The notes under the pieces were generated by a model. The model had not been told where the DNA came from, did not search any database, and saw only the letters and a program-made list of their open reading frames with translations. The translations under genes were made by a program, and so were the position numbers. Source: an uncultured Collinsella sp. (GTDB lineage: Bacteria; Actinomycetota; Coriobacteriia; Coriobacteriales; Coriobacteriaceae). From it: a DNA stretch of 64,000 nt. Below are positions 34,885-43,757 of the stretch, piece after piece. Each line of letters starts with the position of its first letter. The first letter of the stretch is position 1. The stretch lies in NCBI GenBank assembly GCA_958407995.1, contig CATYJU010000007.1, positions 1,005 to 65,004 on the forward strand, read 5' to 3'.

Positions 34885-35316
34885 CCAGCCACGCCGTCCT
34901 AAGACCCAACTTCGTGGCAGCCCATGCCCGAGATACGGCGGTGGCCTTCGGGTGGCGTCTTGATTCGAGACACCGTTGCCGCAGGCTTAGTCAAGCCCGT
35001 CGACCCCAACACGGCGCCGCGCCATATGCGCTACGTCCCATACTGGGCCTAAGGGGCAGCCTAACTTTCCGTAACTTTCCAAAAGAGGAGAATTGCCCCT
35101 CTTTTTTTGATGGGCGGGGTTTCGAGCTGCGGATACGCATCTCTTCAAGTCGCCTCTAACTTTCCTTAACTTCCCATCCGTCCCATTCCCACGTGTTGCG
35201 CCTCAGCTGCGCGGCGTCAAGGGCGCTCGCGGAACCCCGCGCAAATCTGCGCTCCGCTCCGATTGGTGGGGGTTGCCGCGAACAACCCCTGACCCCCTTC
35301 GCCTCGGCGCGGCGCT

Positions 35317-35832
35317 TCAGGGAGCAAAGCGCAAGGCGCCGCAGGGCAAGCGCCTTCCGCTTTGCCCGCAGGCAGAGATTCTACGGGCCGGAAGGCCGGA
35401 AGGGAGCGGGACATGAAGGCGAGCGAGGTCATCGTGGAGCCGGAGGGGCGCAGGGACCGCAGCGCATGGGACAGGGGCTCCCGGCTCGAGCGCCTCCGGC
35501 CCGCCCTCGCGGTACAGCCTGCACCAGCGGTCGAGCGATGTAGCGGCGGCGATGCCGAAGCGGGCCATCGCCTCCGACCGCGGCATCCCCTCGTCCACGA
35601 CGGCCCTCGCGACGGCGAGCTTGGCCTCCATGTCGTAGGTCCTGCGGCTCTCGCCCATCCCGATCAGCCCCTTCCTCCCGGTTGCCCGGTACGCGTAGAG
35701 CCATTTTCTCACCGCCGGGGCGGGAACGTCGAGCTTCTTGGCCGCGAGTTCGAAGCCGAGGCCAGCCTCGAACAGGTCGGCGGCGCGTGCCCTCATCTCG
35801 CGACCGTATCTTGCCTTCTTCCTGCGGGACAT
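35317..35832 (-). CDS. IS3-family OrfA-like helix-turn-helix protein, probably a remnant (degenerate C-terminus, no OrfB).
   Basis: The start is taken at MSRRKKARYGREMRARAADLFEAGLGFELAAKKLDVPAPAVRKWLYAYRATG...MPRSEAMARFGIAAATSLDRWCRLYREGG. It has the same layout as the 26938-27342 product. Confidence 0.55.
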   Translation of the reverse strand: MSRRKKARYGREMRARAADLFEAGLGFELAAKKLDVPAPAVRKWLYAYRATGRKGLIGMGESRRTYDMEAKLAVARAVVDEGMPRSEAMARFGIAAATSLDRWCRLYREGGPEALEPGAPVPCAAVPAPLRLHDDLARLHVPLPSGLPARRISACGQSGRRLPCGALRFAP

Positions 35833-35883
35833 TTCCGATGCCTCCCTTTTCTCGAACCTTAATTTCAAAGTCCAAGAAATGGG

Positions 35884-36273
35884 ATGCAGTTCACCGTCGG
35901 GGCGTTCCTCGAGTACTGCGAGCTGCGGGGGTTCCGCTCCCCGGACAACGACCCCCACGGCTGGGCGCGCGTCTGCCAGGCGGTGGCGAACTTCATGGGT
36001 GCCGACGGCCTCAGCGTGGGCATCTCGCGCTACGAGGGCGACGCGCGCATGGACCCGGGCGACAACGGGATCTACGTCATCGAGGGGTGGCACATCGCCG
36101 AGCGCCTGCGGGCGGAGTACGACCCCGGCTGGGAGCCCACCGGGATACGGGATGTCCGCCCCGAGGATGAGCAGCGGGCCCACGACCGCGCCGAGATGCT
36201 GCGCGCCATCGACGCCTCGCGGCCCGAGGGCCAGAGGCTCGGGGCCTACCTCGATGCCGAGTGTTTTCCGTAA
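35884..36273 (+). CDS. Hypothetical 129-aa protein, divergent from the HTH gene.
   Basis: The composition is protein-like (MQFTVGAFLEYCELRGFRSPDNDPHGWARVCQAVANFMG...). The overlapping minus-strand ORF looks like antisense junk. Confidence 0.45.
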   Translation: MQFTVGAFLEYCELRGFRSPDNDPHGWARVCQAVANFMGADGLSVGISRYEGDARMDPGDNGIYVIEGWHIAERLRAEYDPGWEPTGIRDVRPEDEQRAHDRAEMLRAIDASRPEGQRLGAYLDAECFP

Positions 36274-36392
36274 CATCTAAATCGACAAAAACGGCAGCAT
36301 AAAGTCGAAACTTCCCGCAAGGGGCATGCTGACCAGATCGCAGGGCCATCTTGGTGGTGCTTCGTATCTACCAAAGGAGGCCCGGAGAGGAA

Positions 36393-36650
36393 ATGATCGG
36401 CATGACCGACAAGAATTCTATACGCCTGCTGTGGCGGCAGGGGGACAGCGTCGCCGAGGTCGAGCGCAAGACCGGCGTGAGCCGGGACACCGTCTACAAG
36501 TACCGCAACATGGACGACTTCAGCCCCGAGCCGCCCGCGAGGCGGGCGCAGGGCTCAAAGCTCGACCCGTACAGGCCCCTGATCGAGTCCTAGCTCAACG
36601 ACAACATGCGCAGCGGGCGCAAGCAGCTACGGCACGCGGGGCGCGTATGA
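36393..36650 (+). pseudogene. IS21-family transposase (IstA) N-terminal fragment interrupted by a stop codon.
   Basis: MIGMTDKNSIRLLWRQGDSVAEVERKTGVSRDTVYKYRNMDDFSPEPP...SKLDPYRPLIES is followed by TAG. An IstA-like continuation (LNDNMRSGRKQLRHA) then ends. There is no DDE domain and no istB. Confidence 0.65.
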
Positions 36651-37133
36651 CGCCGGGCCTTGACGGCCTTCCGGTTTATCTGACCACGCTACCAGTGGAA
36701 ACGAACTCGGCACGCCGAGTTGCGCCGCAAAATCCCGGGCGCACGTAGTGCGCCCTTATCCGGCTCCTCCTCCTTTCCTCCAGGATGCCCGGACGGCAAG
36801 ATTCGGAACGTCCCCTCAATATCCAAACTTCACGCAAGCCTAATGCGAATAGAGACAGACCTGGCAAATCAAGACACGGCTAGCCGCTCGCACCCAAAGC
36901 CATTTGCCTAAAAATGAATACCGTTGACCGAAATGGAAATACGGTAACAACGAAAAAGACTAGTCAAGCTCGTTTTAAGCACCGTTTGTTCCAGCCCGCC
37001 CCAATTGCAGACATCCCAACTATCATGAATCCAGTAAACAGAGGCGGACATCAACATCCAACGCCGGCAAGCATGCGGGTGCCTCCTCTGCCTAAGGGGC
37101 AAACCCCCGAGATTAGTTAGGAGAGGGGAAGAG

Positions 37134-38696
37134 ATGGATAAAGTCAAAACGGCCTTCCAGAACTTTGGCCGCGTTATCGTCGACCCTATTTTGTACCTTT
37201 CGGTAACGGGCATCATTTTGGCCATCGCCACGGTATGCTCGCTCGGCAGCGGAGTTGTCGCGGATCTGGGCACGCTGCTCTCCGCGGCAACCAACTCCGC
37301 GGTGATCGGCAACCTGCCGGTGATTTTCGCAGTCGGCCTAACGGCAGGCTTCGCAAAGAAGCAAAAATCCAACGCGGCAGTGTTTGGACTTATTAGTTAC
37401 CTCATGTTCCTGTATGTCAACAACGCCTACCTGACGCTCACCGATCAGCTGGCAAAAGCCGGCGCGATGGGTCTGTATGGCACTGGCCAGGCAACGGTAC
37501 TGGGTCTTCAAGTTACCGATGTCAACGTCTTCGGCGGCGTACTCATCGGATGTTTCTGCGGTTGGCTCTATAACAAACTGATCGATGTAAAGGTATCGGA
37601 CTATATCCGGATTTACGGCGGACCCCGCCTGGCACTTCTGGCGATGATCCCGCTGAGCATTGTCTTTGGCATCGGAGCGACTGTCGTGTGGCCCCCTATC
37701 GCCAACGCCATCAGCAACGCGTCTTCATTCATCGCAGCCTCGGGCGGTCTGGGCGTTTTCATTTACGGCTTCCTGAACCGCGTCCTCGTACCTCTCGGCA
37801 TGCACCACTTTATGTGGATGCCGTTTGACTACTCCGCGATTGGCGGCACGGCGGTCGTCGCCGGCCAGAGCGTTTCCGGCGCAGCAAACATCTTCTATGC
37901 CGAGCTTCCCCATATCGCCGACGGATCCCTCACCACAGTCGACCCCTCTGTCCGCTTTGCCATGTTCGGCTTTGGCAAGGAATTCGTAACCCTTGGCACC
38001 GTGCTCGCAATGATTGCAACTTCCCGTCCGGAGAATCGAAAAGCCGTCGCAGCCATGCTGGTGCCAATTTACATCACCGCCATGCTCTCCGGCATCACTG
38101 AGCCGCTCGACTTCATGATCCTGTTCGCGTCTCCGATTCTCTGGGTTGCCTACAGCCTGTTCTACGGACTGGGCGAGATGCTCCTGTTTGTCCTGGGAGT
38201 CCGCTTGCTTAACATGTACGGTGGCATCGAGCTGCTCACGCTCAGCCTGCCTTTGCCAATGGGCGTCACCAAGTTCCCGATTTACATCGTCTTGGGCATC
38301 GTGTTTGCCGCCGTTTCGTTCGTCGTGCTGGCGATGGTGATCAAGAAACTCAACCTCATGACGCCCGGTCGTTCTGCAGAGTGGTCTGCCGAGGTCTCTG
38401 GCGATGCCAACGCTCTCGAGTCTTCCGGAACGCCGGAAGTCGACGCAAAACAGCAGGAGATGGTGCAAAACATCATCGACGGCCTTGGCGGTAAGGACAA
38501 TATCAACACCATGGGCTGCTGTATGACTCGCCTCCGTGTCGAGGTCAAGGATCCCAACAAGGTCAACGAAGAGATCATCAAGAAGGCTATTGACAAGGGC
38601 TTATTTAAGAACGGCACTAATGTCCAAATTATCGTGGGAACCAACGTGCACTCCGTCTACGACCTGCTTCGTCCCATCCTTAATCTGGAAGATTAA
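37134..38696 (+). CDS. PTS glucose/maltose-family EIICB component (alpha-glucoside type, GlvC/MalP-like).
   Basis: 520 aa with a ~10-TM EIIC domain followed by an EIIB domain carrying NINTMGCCMTRLRVEVKD. Confidence 0.9.
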   Translation: MDKVKTAFQNFGRVIVDPILYLSVTGIILAIATVCSLGSGVVADLGTLLSAATNSAVIGNLPVIFAVGLTAGFAKKQKSNAAVFGLISYLMFLYVNNAYLTLTDQLAKAGAMGLYGTGQATVLGLQVTDVNVFGGVLIGCFCGWLYNKLIDVKVSDYIRIYGGPRLALLAMIPLSIVFGIGATVVWPPIANAISNASSFIAASGGLGVFIYGFLNRVLVPLGMHHFMWMPFDYSAIGGTAVVAGQSVSGAANIFYAELPHIADGSLTTVDPSVRFAMFGFGKEFVTLGTVLAMIATSRPENRKAVAAMLVPIYITAMLSGITEPLDFMILFASPILWVAYSLFYGLGEMLLFVLGVRLLNMYGGIELLTLSLPLPMGVTKFPIYIVLGIVFAAVSFVVLAMVIKKLNLMTPGRSAEWSAEVSGDANALESSGTPEVDAKQQEMVQNIIDGLGGKDNINTMGCCMTRLRVEVKDPNKVNEEIIKKAIDKGLFKNGTNVQIIVGTNVHSVYDLLRPILNLED

Positions 38697-38734
38697 CAGT
38701 CGCCTGATCGACAGACGACAAGCAAGGAGACCTC

Positions 38735-39004
38735 ATGTTGACCAAAACGTTACATTCAATCCGAGGCATGTTCGAACGCTTGCTCAACATGTACAAAGAA
38801 AAGTCGACAAGGGGTCTTCTCGCTCTGATGGCTGCATTCGTATGCGGTTTTATCTGGCCACTCCTTGGTCTACTCGCTGCGGTTTGGACCCGGCATTCAG
38901 GAAAGCACGCGGATGCGGGCAGCGTTGCGGGCATGGCGGCCGTTATCAACATCGTTACTTACTTCATACAGATAGCGACCAGGATTGTCTGCGGCTCGAT
39001 TTGA
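38735..39004 (+). CDS. Small hypothetical membrane protein.
   Basis: 89 aa with two hydrophobic segments, located between the PTS and GH4 genes. There is no other support. Confidence 0.4.
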   Translation: MLTKTLHSIRGMFERLLNMYKEKSTRGLLALMAAFVCGFIWPLLGLLAAVWTRHSGKHADAGSVAGMAAVINIVTYFIQIATRIVCGSI

Positions 39005-39014
39005 TTTGAAAGGC

Positions 39015-40352
39015 ATGAACAACATGAACGGATACAAGATTGTAATCTGCGGCGGCGGCAGCACCTATACCGCCGGTATCGTCAAAGACCTGATTGATCA
39101 AAAGGACGAACTGGGGATTCGTGAGCTTTGGCTCTATGACATCGACAAGGAACGCCAGGACACGGTCGCTGTGGTGGTTAAGGCAGTTATCGATGACCTT
39201 GCTCCCGAGATTCCCCTGCATGTAACTGTCGACCCCAAAGAAGCATTTACAGATGCGAACTTTGTTATGGCGCAGATGCGCGTGGGCGGGCTCAAGATGC
39301 GTATCCAAGATGAGCAGATCAGCCTGCGCCATGACGTAGTCGGCCAGGAGACCTGCGGAGCAGGTGGCATGGCCTATGGCATGAGGACCATCTTCCCCAT
39401 GTGCGAGCTTGTCGATTTCTGCGAGGAGTACGCCTGCAAGGACTACTGGATCGTCAACTACTCCAACCCCGCTGCCATCGTAGCCAAGGCGATGCACAAG
39501 CTACGTCCAAACGCTCGCATTCTCGACATCTGCGATATGCCAGTAGAGATTGAAGCCCGCATGGCGGAGATTTTGGGCTGCGAACTCAGCGACATTGAAG
39601 TCGACTACTTCGGCCTCAACCACTTTGGGTGGTTTACCAACGTGCGTTGCAAGGGCGTCGACGTTACAGACAAGCTCAAAGAGCATGTGCGTAAATTCGG
39701 CTACATTTCCGAGGCAAGCCTCAATGACGCCTTGGTAAAGGACCCCGATTGGGCCCATACCTTCAAGAATGCGGCGACGATTTCCACGCTATTCCAGGAT
39801 TACCTCCCCAACACCTATTACCAGTACTACCTGTTGCCCGATGCCTGCGTGGAATACATGGACATCAATAACACGCGTGGCATGCAGGTCGTAAACGGCC
39901 GCGAAAAGCGGATCTTTGATGCTTCTGCGGCGCTTAAGCGCGGTGAAAAGGTCGATCTCACGCAATTCTATGTAGGCGTCCACGGCAGATTCATTGTCGA
40001 TGTCGTCAAGTCTCTAGCGCATGACCTGCGACATCGCCAGCTGGTAATTGTGCCCAATAATGGCGCAATCGAGAATCTCTCGGACGACGCGACCGTCGAG
40101 ATTCCGGCGTACATCACCGATCGAGGAGCCGAACCGGTCCGCGTCGGGAAGATCCCCCGCTTCTACAAGGGCCTTATCGAACAGCAGGATGCCTGCGAAG
40201 GCCTTGTGGTCGAAGCCGTTATCGAAGGCTCCTACCAGAAGGCACTCGAGGCCTTCACCCTCAATCGCACGATCCCCTCAGCGCGCGTGGCTAAGGAAGT
40301 CTTGGACGACATGATTGAGGCGAACAAGGGCTATTGGCCTGAACTGAAGTAG
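39015..40352 (+). CDS. Glycoside hydrolase family 4 6-phospho-alpha-glucosidase (GlvA/MalH-like).
   Basis: The start is at MNNMNGYKIVICGGGSTYTAGIV (NAD-binding motif). The GH4 motif is ILDICDMPVEIE. The RBS GAAAGG lies upstream. Confidence 0.9.
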   Translation: MNNMNGYKIVICGGGSTYTAGIVKDLIDQKDELGIRELWLYDIDKERQDTVAVVVKAVIDDLAPEIPLHVTVDPKEAFTDANFVMAQMRVGGLKMRIQDEQISLRHDVVGQETCGAGGMAYGMRTIFPMCELVDFCEEYACKDYWIVNYSNPAAIVAKAMHKLRPNARILDICDMPVEIEARMAEILGCELSDIEVDYFGLNHFGWFTNVRCKGVDVTDKLKEHVRKFGYISEASLNDALVKDPDWAHTFKNAATISTLFQDYLPNTYYQYYLLPDACVEYMDINNTRGMQVVNGREKRIFDASAALKRGEKVDLTQFYVGVHGRFIVDVVKSLAHDLRHRQLVIVPNNGAIENLSDDATVEIPAYITDRGAEPVRVGKIPRFYKGLIEQQDACEGLVVEAVIEGSYQKALEAFTLNRTIPSARVAKEVLDDMIEANKGYWPELK

Positions 40353-40426
40353 AGAAACCATCCAAATAGCAAAAGCACAAAAGGTGGCCTCAAGGCAAAA
40401 ATGCTTTGGGGTCACCTTTTGTATGA

Positions 40427-41284
40427 CTAAATCTCCGCAAAACTCGTAAAGATGAACGAATCGGCCTCGTGTTTTACACGATAGTTCTCTTGATAATCCT
40501 GATTGAATATAAGCGAATAAATAACCTGAAGCGTATACGTGAGCGAGATCATGGAAGAGTAATTGGCAACCTTTCCAATCACGCGCTCTGATTTTGGAAT
40601 GAGCAGGACAGTATCGCATTGCCTGGCGAGCGCCGAATCAGAAAACGCCGTGATTAAACACGGCTTGATTCCGCGCTCGGAAAGAGCGGCGGCGTATTTG
40701 GAATAATCATAGTGAATGCCGCTGTAGCTTAGGAATAAAAACAGGTCTCCGGGCCTACCGTTCTTAACGTGCAGTGTCTGCAGGCCCCCGTCGTCTGCCA
40801 TGGTGACATGACGATCGAGCTTGAGAAGATTGTTGCGAAAGATACATCCCGCCAGATAGCTTTCCCCTTTAGCAAAGATGTAAATTCGCGGGGCGCTAAG
40901 AACTGCCTTGGCGATTATGCTCAATTTGGCGCTATCGAGCTCAATTTTCGTTTGATCTATGACGCCCTTCAAGAGATTTGCAAGGTTGCCCTCGATGGCC
41001 TCAATTGAATCGGTACTGCCAAAAGGACGATTGTGATCGACAGTGGCAGCCAGAAGATAGTCTCCGCTTATCTCCTGGATGAGCTGCATGATCAACTCTC
41101 GATAGCCGCTTAGGCCCAATTTCTTACAAAAGCGGATGATAGTCGCGTTCGAAGTGTAAGTCTCCTGTGCGAGCTTTGCCATAGTGAGGGTCTTAAGGTC
41201 GCCGGTATGATTGAGCAGATAGGTAGCAATGGCTCGGTCGGTTTCATTAAAAGACGCGCTGTTACGCAGGCTGTCAAGAATCAT
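40427..41284 (-). CDS. RpiR/MurR-family transcriptional regulator (HTH_6 + SIS).
   Basis: 285 aa with the HTH MAKLAQETYTSNATIIRFCKKLGLSGYRELIMQL followed by a SIS domain. Confidence 0.9.
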   Translation of the reverse strand: MILDSLRNSASFNETDRAIATYLLNHTGDLKTLTMAKLAQETYTSNATIIRFCKKLGLSGYRELIMQLIQEISGDYLLAATVDHNRPFGSTDSIEAIEGNLANLLKGVIDQTKIELDSAKLSIIAKAVLSAPRIYIFAKGESYLAGCIFRNNLLKLDRHVTMADDGGLQTLHVKNGRPGDLFLFLSYSGIHYDYSKYAAALSERGIKPCLITAFSDSALARQCDTVLLIPKSERVIGKVANYSSMISLTYTLQVIYSLIFNQDYQENYRVKHEADSFIFTSFAEI

Positions 41285-41819
41285 GGTCGCTCCGATCGCT
41301 TTAGTTTGTCACTTAATTATGTCATTATCAAAACGACGGGCAGCTCTTCATACGCTGACTTACGCCCTGCAATCTCTCTTCTGATATTCCGCATGCTTCG
41401 ACAACATTATTTGTGCGGAGCACATCGCTCAAGTCTCAGCGAACAGATACGAAGAAGTTCGATTGCCAGAATTCACTGCCCGCCTTGAGACGCAGAGACG
41501 GCCTCCGAACAAGCTACATGCGGACTTGAGACAGCATAGCGCTCGCCCGTCGGCATCCTACGACCTGTATCCCCCTCTCCCCTGTTTCCGTGTTGAGAGC
41601 AGTAGACGGGGCTCCAAGGGGACTTGTCCCTTTGGAGCGCAGGGTCCGGGGATGGCGCGGTCCATCCCCGGCACTATTATTAGCTAAGGACCGCCGGAAC
41701 TCCTCCCAATTGGAGTTTATCGGTCGATAAGTCAAGCCGACCGGCCCGCGATTATCAATGGTTTATTTGCTTCACATAATAAATTGACTCAGGATTCACC
41801 CGCAAAGTAAACCGATAAA

Positions 41820-41852
41820 GAAAAAGCTCGGAAGCAATTTTGCTTCCGAGCT
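41820..41852 (-). terminator. Intrinsic terminator immediately downstream of the intact tRNA-Met (island-borne).
   Basis: On the minus strand, AGCTCGGAAGCA-aaat-TGCTTCCGAGCT is followed by TTTTT. Confidence 0.7.
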
Positions 41853-41860
41853 GCTAAAAG

Positions 41861-41911
41861 TCTTGGTCGCGGGGGCAGGATTTGAACCTACGACCTCCGG
41901 GTTATGAGCCC
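41861..41911. repeat. Island attachment-site direct repeat (the copy inside the intact tRNA-Met).
   Basis: Identical to 30344-30394. Confidence 0.9.
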
Positions 41912-41940
41912 GGCGAGCTACCAGACTGCTCCACCCCGCA
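41864..41940 (-). tRNA. tRNA-Met (anticodon CAT), initiator type.
   Basis: The 77-nt sequence reads TGCGGGGTGGAGCAGTCTGGTAGCTCGCCGGGCTCATAACCCGGAGGTCGTAGGTTCAAATCCTGCCCCCGCGACCA. It is very close to the E. coli tRNA-fMet sequence as I remember it. The anticodon stem has three consecutive G-C pairs, the 1:72 pair is weak (U-G), and CCA is encoded. Confidence 0.9.
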
Positions 41941-42136
41941 ATGTCTGGGCGCCTCATGTGCGCAAGAAAGAATATTACGCGGGAGTTCGGTAAACGGCAA
42001 GGAAAATCTCGTAGAGCATAATTCCTTCATATTTAAACCCCTCAGCCCCTATCACCGTAAACGAATCGCAGCCGAGCGCCGTCGACGGCACGTATACAAT
42101 GGTGCGCGTCCTTTTATGCCGACACCGGGAGTAGAC

Positions 42137-42910
42137 ATGCTGCTCGCTATCGATATGGGAAACACGCAGACGGCCATGGGCCTGTTTGACGGAGACGAGC
42201 TGGTGCAGTCGTGGCGCATGCCCACCGACCGCTCCTATACCGCCGACGAGATCCATGTGCGCCTGATGGGTTTCTTTAAGATGTACGGCCTTTCGCTCGA
42301 TGCGGTCGACGCGATCGCCTTTGCGGGCGTGGTGCCGCAGCTCTCGCGCGAGTGGCACGCCGTGGCCGACCGCATTGCCGCGGACGCCATCGTCATCGGG
42401 CCGCAGACGGCCGCCGTAACCAAGCTGCGGGCGGCGCGCCCCCAGGCCGTTGGTGCCGACCGCATCGCCAACGCCGTCGCTGCCGAAACCTTCTATGGCG
42501 CGCCGGCGATCGTGGTGGACTTTGGCACCGCGACCAATATCGACGTCATCGATGAGGACGGTTATTACATTGGCGGAGCGATCGCGCCGGGCATTCGCAT
42601 CTCCATGGACGCGCTTGCCGCCCGTGCCGCCAAGCTCGCCAGCGTGCCGCTCGAGGCGCCCGAGCACGCCATCGGCCGCGATACCGAGGAGTGCATCAAG
42701 GTCGGCGCCGTGATGGGCGCCGCCGCCATGGCCGAAGGCCTGGTCGCGCGCATGAAGCGCGAGCTGGGCCGCGACGATGCCACCGTTATCGCCACGGGCG
42801 GCCTCGCCGGCATCGTCGCCGGCTCGACCGATGCCTTCGACGTGGTAGACGGCCAACTCACCATCAAGGGCATCTGCGAAATCTACCGCCGCATGCAGAA
42901 GCTGGGATAG
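42137..42910 (+). CDS. coaX: Type III pantothenate kinase.
   Basis: The start is at MLLAIDMGNTQT. The motifs VVDFGTATNIDV and ATGGLAG are present. The track ORF start at 41882 overlaps the tRNA and is rejected. Confidence 0.9.
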   Translation: MLLAIDMGNTQTAMGLFDGDELVQSWRMPTDRSYTADEIHVRLMGFFKMYGLSLDAVDAIAFAGVVPQLSREWHAVADRIAADAIVIGPQTAAVTKLRAARPQAVGADRIANAVAAETFYGAPAIVVDFGTATNIDVIDEDGYYIGGAIAPGIRISMDALAARAAKLASVPLEAPEHAIGRDTEECIKVGAVMGAAAMAEGLVARMKRELGRDDATVIATGGLAGIVAGSTDAFDVVDGQLTIKGICEIYRRMQKLG

Positions 42911-43055
42911 AGCAGGGGCTTAAGTCGAGCGCGCCCGATGCCACAGTCCCCGCAAATGCTCGCCAAGCCTATTCCTCAGACAGGCGAAACCCTCCCCGGC
43001 ACAGGCCGAGGAGGGTCTTGTTGTCATGTCTATCTTTGGGCGCGAACGCCCCGCG

Positions 43056-43757
43056 CTACAGCCCGCGAATTCGTACGGCCTCGGGCGGAAACTCCTGCTC
43101 GCCGGCATCGGTCTTAATGGTCGCGCGGCCCCAGATGTCCAGGCCTGCAAACACACCGACCGCAAGCGGCAGGCCGTTGGGCGACACCGCCGCAACTTGG
43201 CGGCCCAGCAGCGGCACCATGTCGAAGTACTCGCCCAGCACGGGAGCCAGCGGCCCTGCGGCGCCTTGCGGCGTGTTGGCAACAACCGCCCAAGCGCCCA
43301 CGCGGGCCAGCACGGCGGCGGCCAGCGTCTCGACCAGCGCTTCGTCAGCCACGTCCACACCAAGCTCGCCCAGCGCCGAACGCTCAATATCCACCGTCAC
43401 GGCACCGAACATGCCCGCAGCAGCGGCACCGCCGTTCACGGCAACACGCGCGAGCGACGTCTCAAACGCAGGCGCACCGCACACGATATCGCTCGGCCAC
43501 TGGATACCCACCTTACCGGCAAGGCCCAACCCCGGCGTCGAAGCCGTGCCCACGAGCGCGTCCATCATGCCCATCGCAGCCACAAACGGCAGGCCGTGGA
43601 AGGCATGCATGTTCACGTCCGGGCGCACGATCAGCGAAAACGTCAGCGAGGCATCGCCCGCGCTCCATGCGCACCAGCCCGCGGACGCACCCTCGCGGCC
43701 CGCGTCACGTGCCGAGTCGAGCTCGGCGCCGGCGGCAACAGCATTCATCTCGATCAT
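43056..43757 (-). CDS. Biotin/lipoate protein ligase family protein (BirA catalytic-domain-like, no N-terminal HTH).
   Basis: 233 aa with a KWPND-like motif (GIQWPSDIV) and a C-terminal SH3-like end (GRATIKTDAGEQEF). It sits immediately downstream of folP-folK. Confidence 0.65.
   Translation of the reverse strand: MIEMNAVAAGAELDSARDAGREGASAGWCAWSAGDASLTFSLIVRPDVNMHAFHGLPFVAAMGMMDALVGTASTPGLGLAGKVGIQWPSDIVCGAPAFETSLARVAVNGGAAAAGMFGAVTVDIERSALGELGVDVADEALVETLAAAVLARVGAWAVVANTPQGAAGPLAPVLGEYFDMVPLLGRQVAAVSPNGLPLAVGVFAGLDIWGRATIKTDAGEQEFPPEAVRIRGL

Larger units (their letters stand above)
30344..41911. mobile_element. tRNA-Met-integrated genomic island (~11.5 kb) carrying a decayed integrase, defence-like genes, IS debris and a sugar-utilisation module.
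   Basis: It is bounded by perfect 51-bp direct repeats and has a tyrosine recombinase gene at one end. The interior is visibly more AT-rich and contains IS fragments. Confidence 0.85.

Noticed and set aside
34300-34909. The longer track versions of the caspase-like ORF (to 34461) and the TIR-like ORF (to 34909).
   Set aside because: The extensions overlap the neighbouring gene or promoter region, are Arg/Trp/Cys-rich, and precede well-placed internal ATG codons with good RBSs (34299 and 34678). The conserved domains start at those internal ATGs.
35833-36276. The N-terminal 148 aa of the 35317-36276(-) track ORF.
   Set aside because: This part is Gly/Pro/Val/Arg-rich antisense-type sequence opposite the more protein-like 35884-36273(+) ORF. 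The HTH protein begins at MSRRKKARYG (35832).
30344-41911. The island as a prophage or ICE.
   Set aside because: There are no capsid, terminase, tail, relaxase, coupling-protein or type IV secretion genes. Only an integrase remnant, cargo genes and IS debris are present, so it is called a genomic island.
41882-42136. N-terminal extension of the coaX ORF in the track (start at 41882).
   Set aside because: The extension overlaps the tRNA-Met gene on the opposite strand and has non-protein-like sequence. The conserved CoaX N-terminus (MLLAIDMGNT) begins at 42137.
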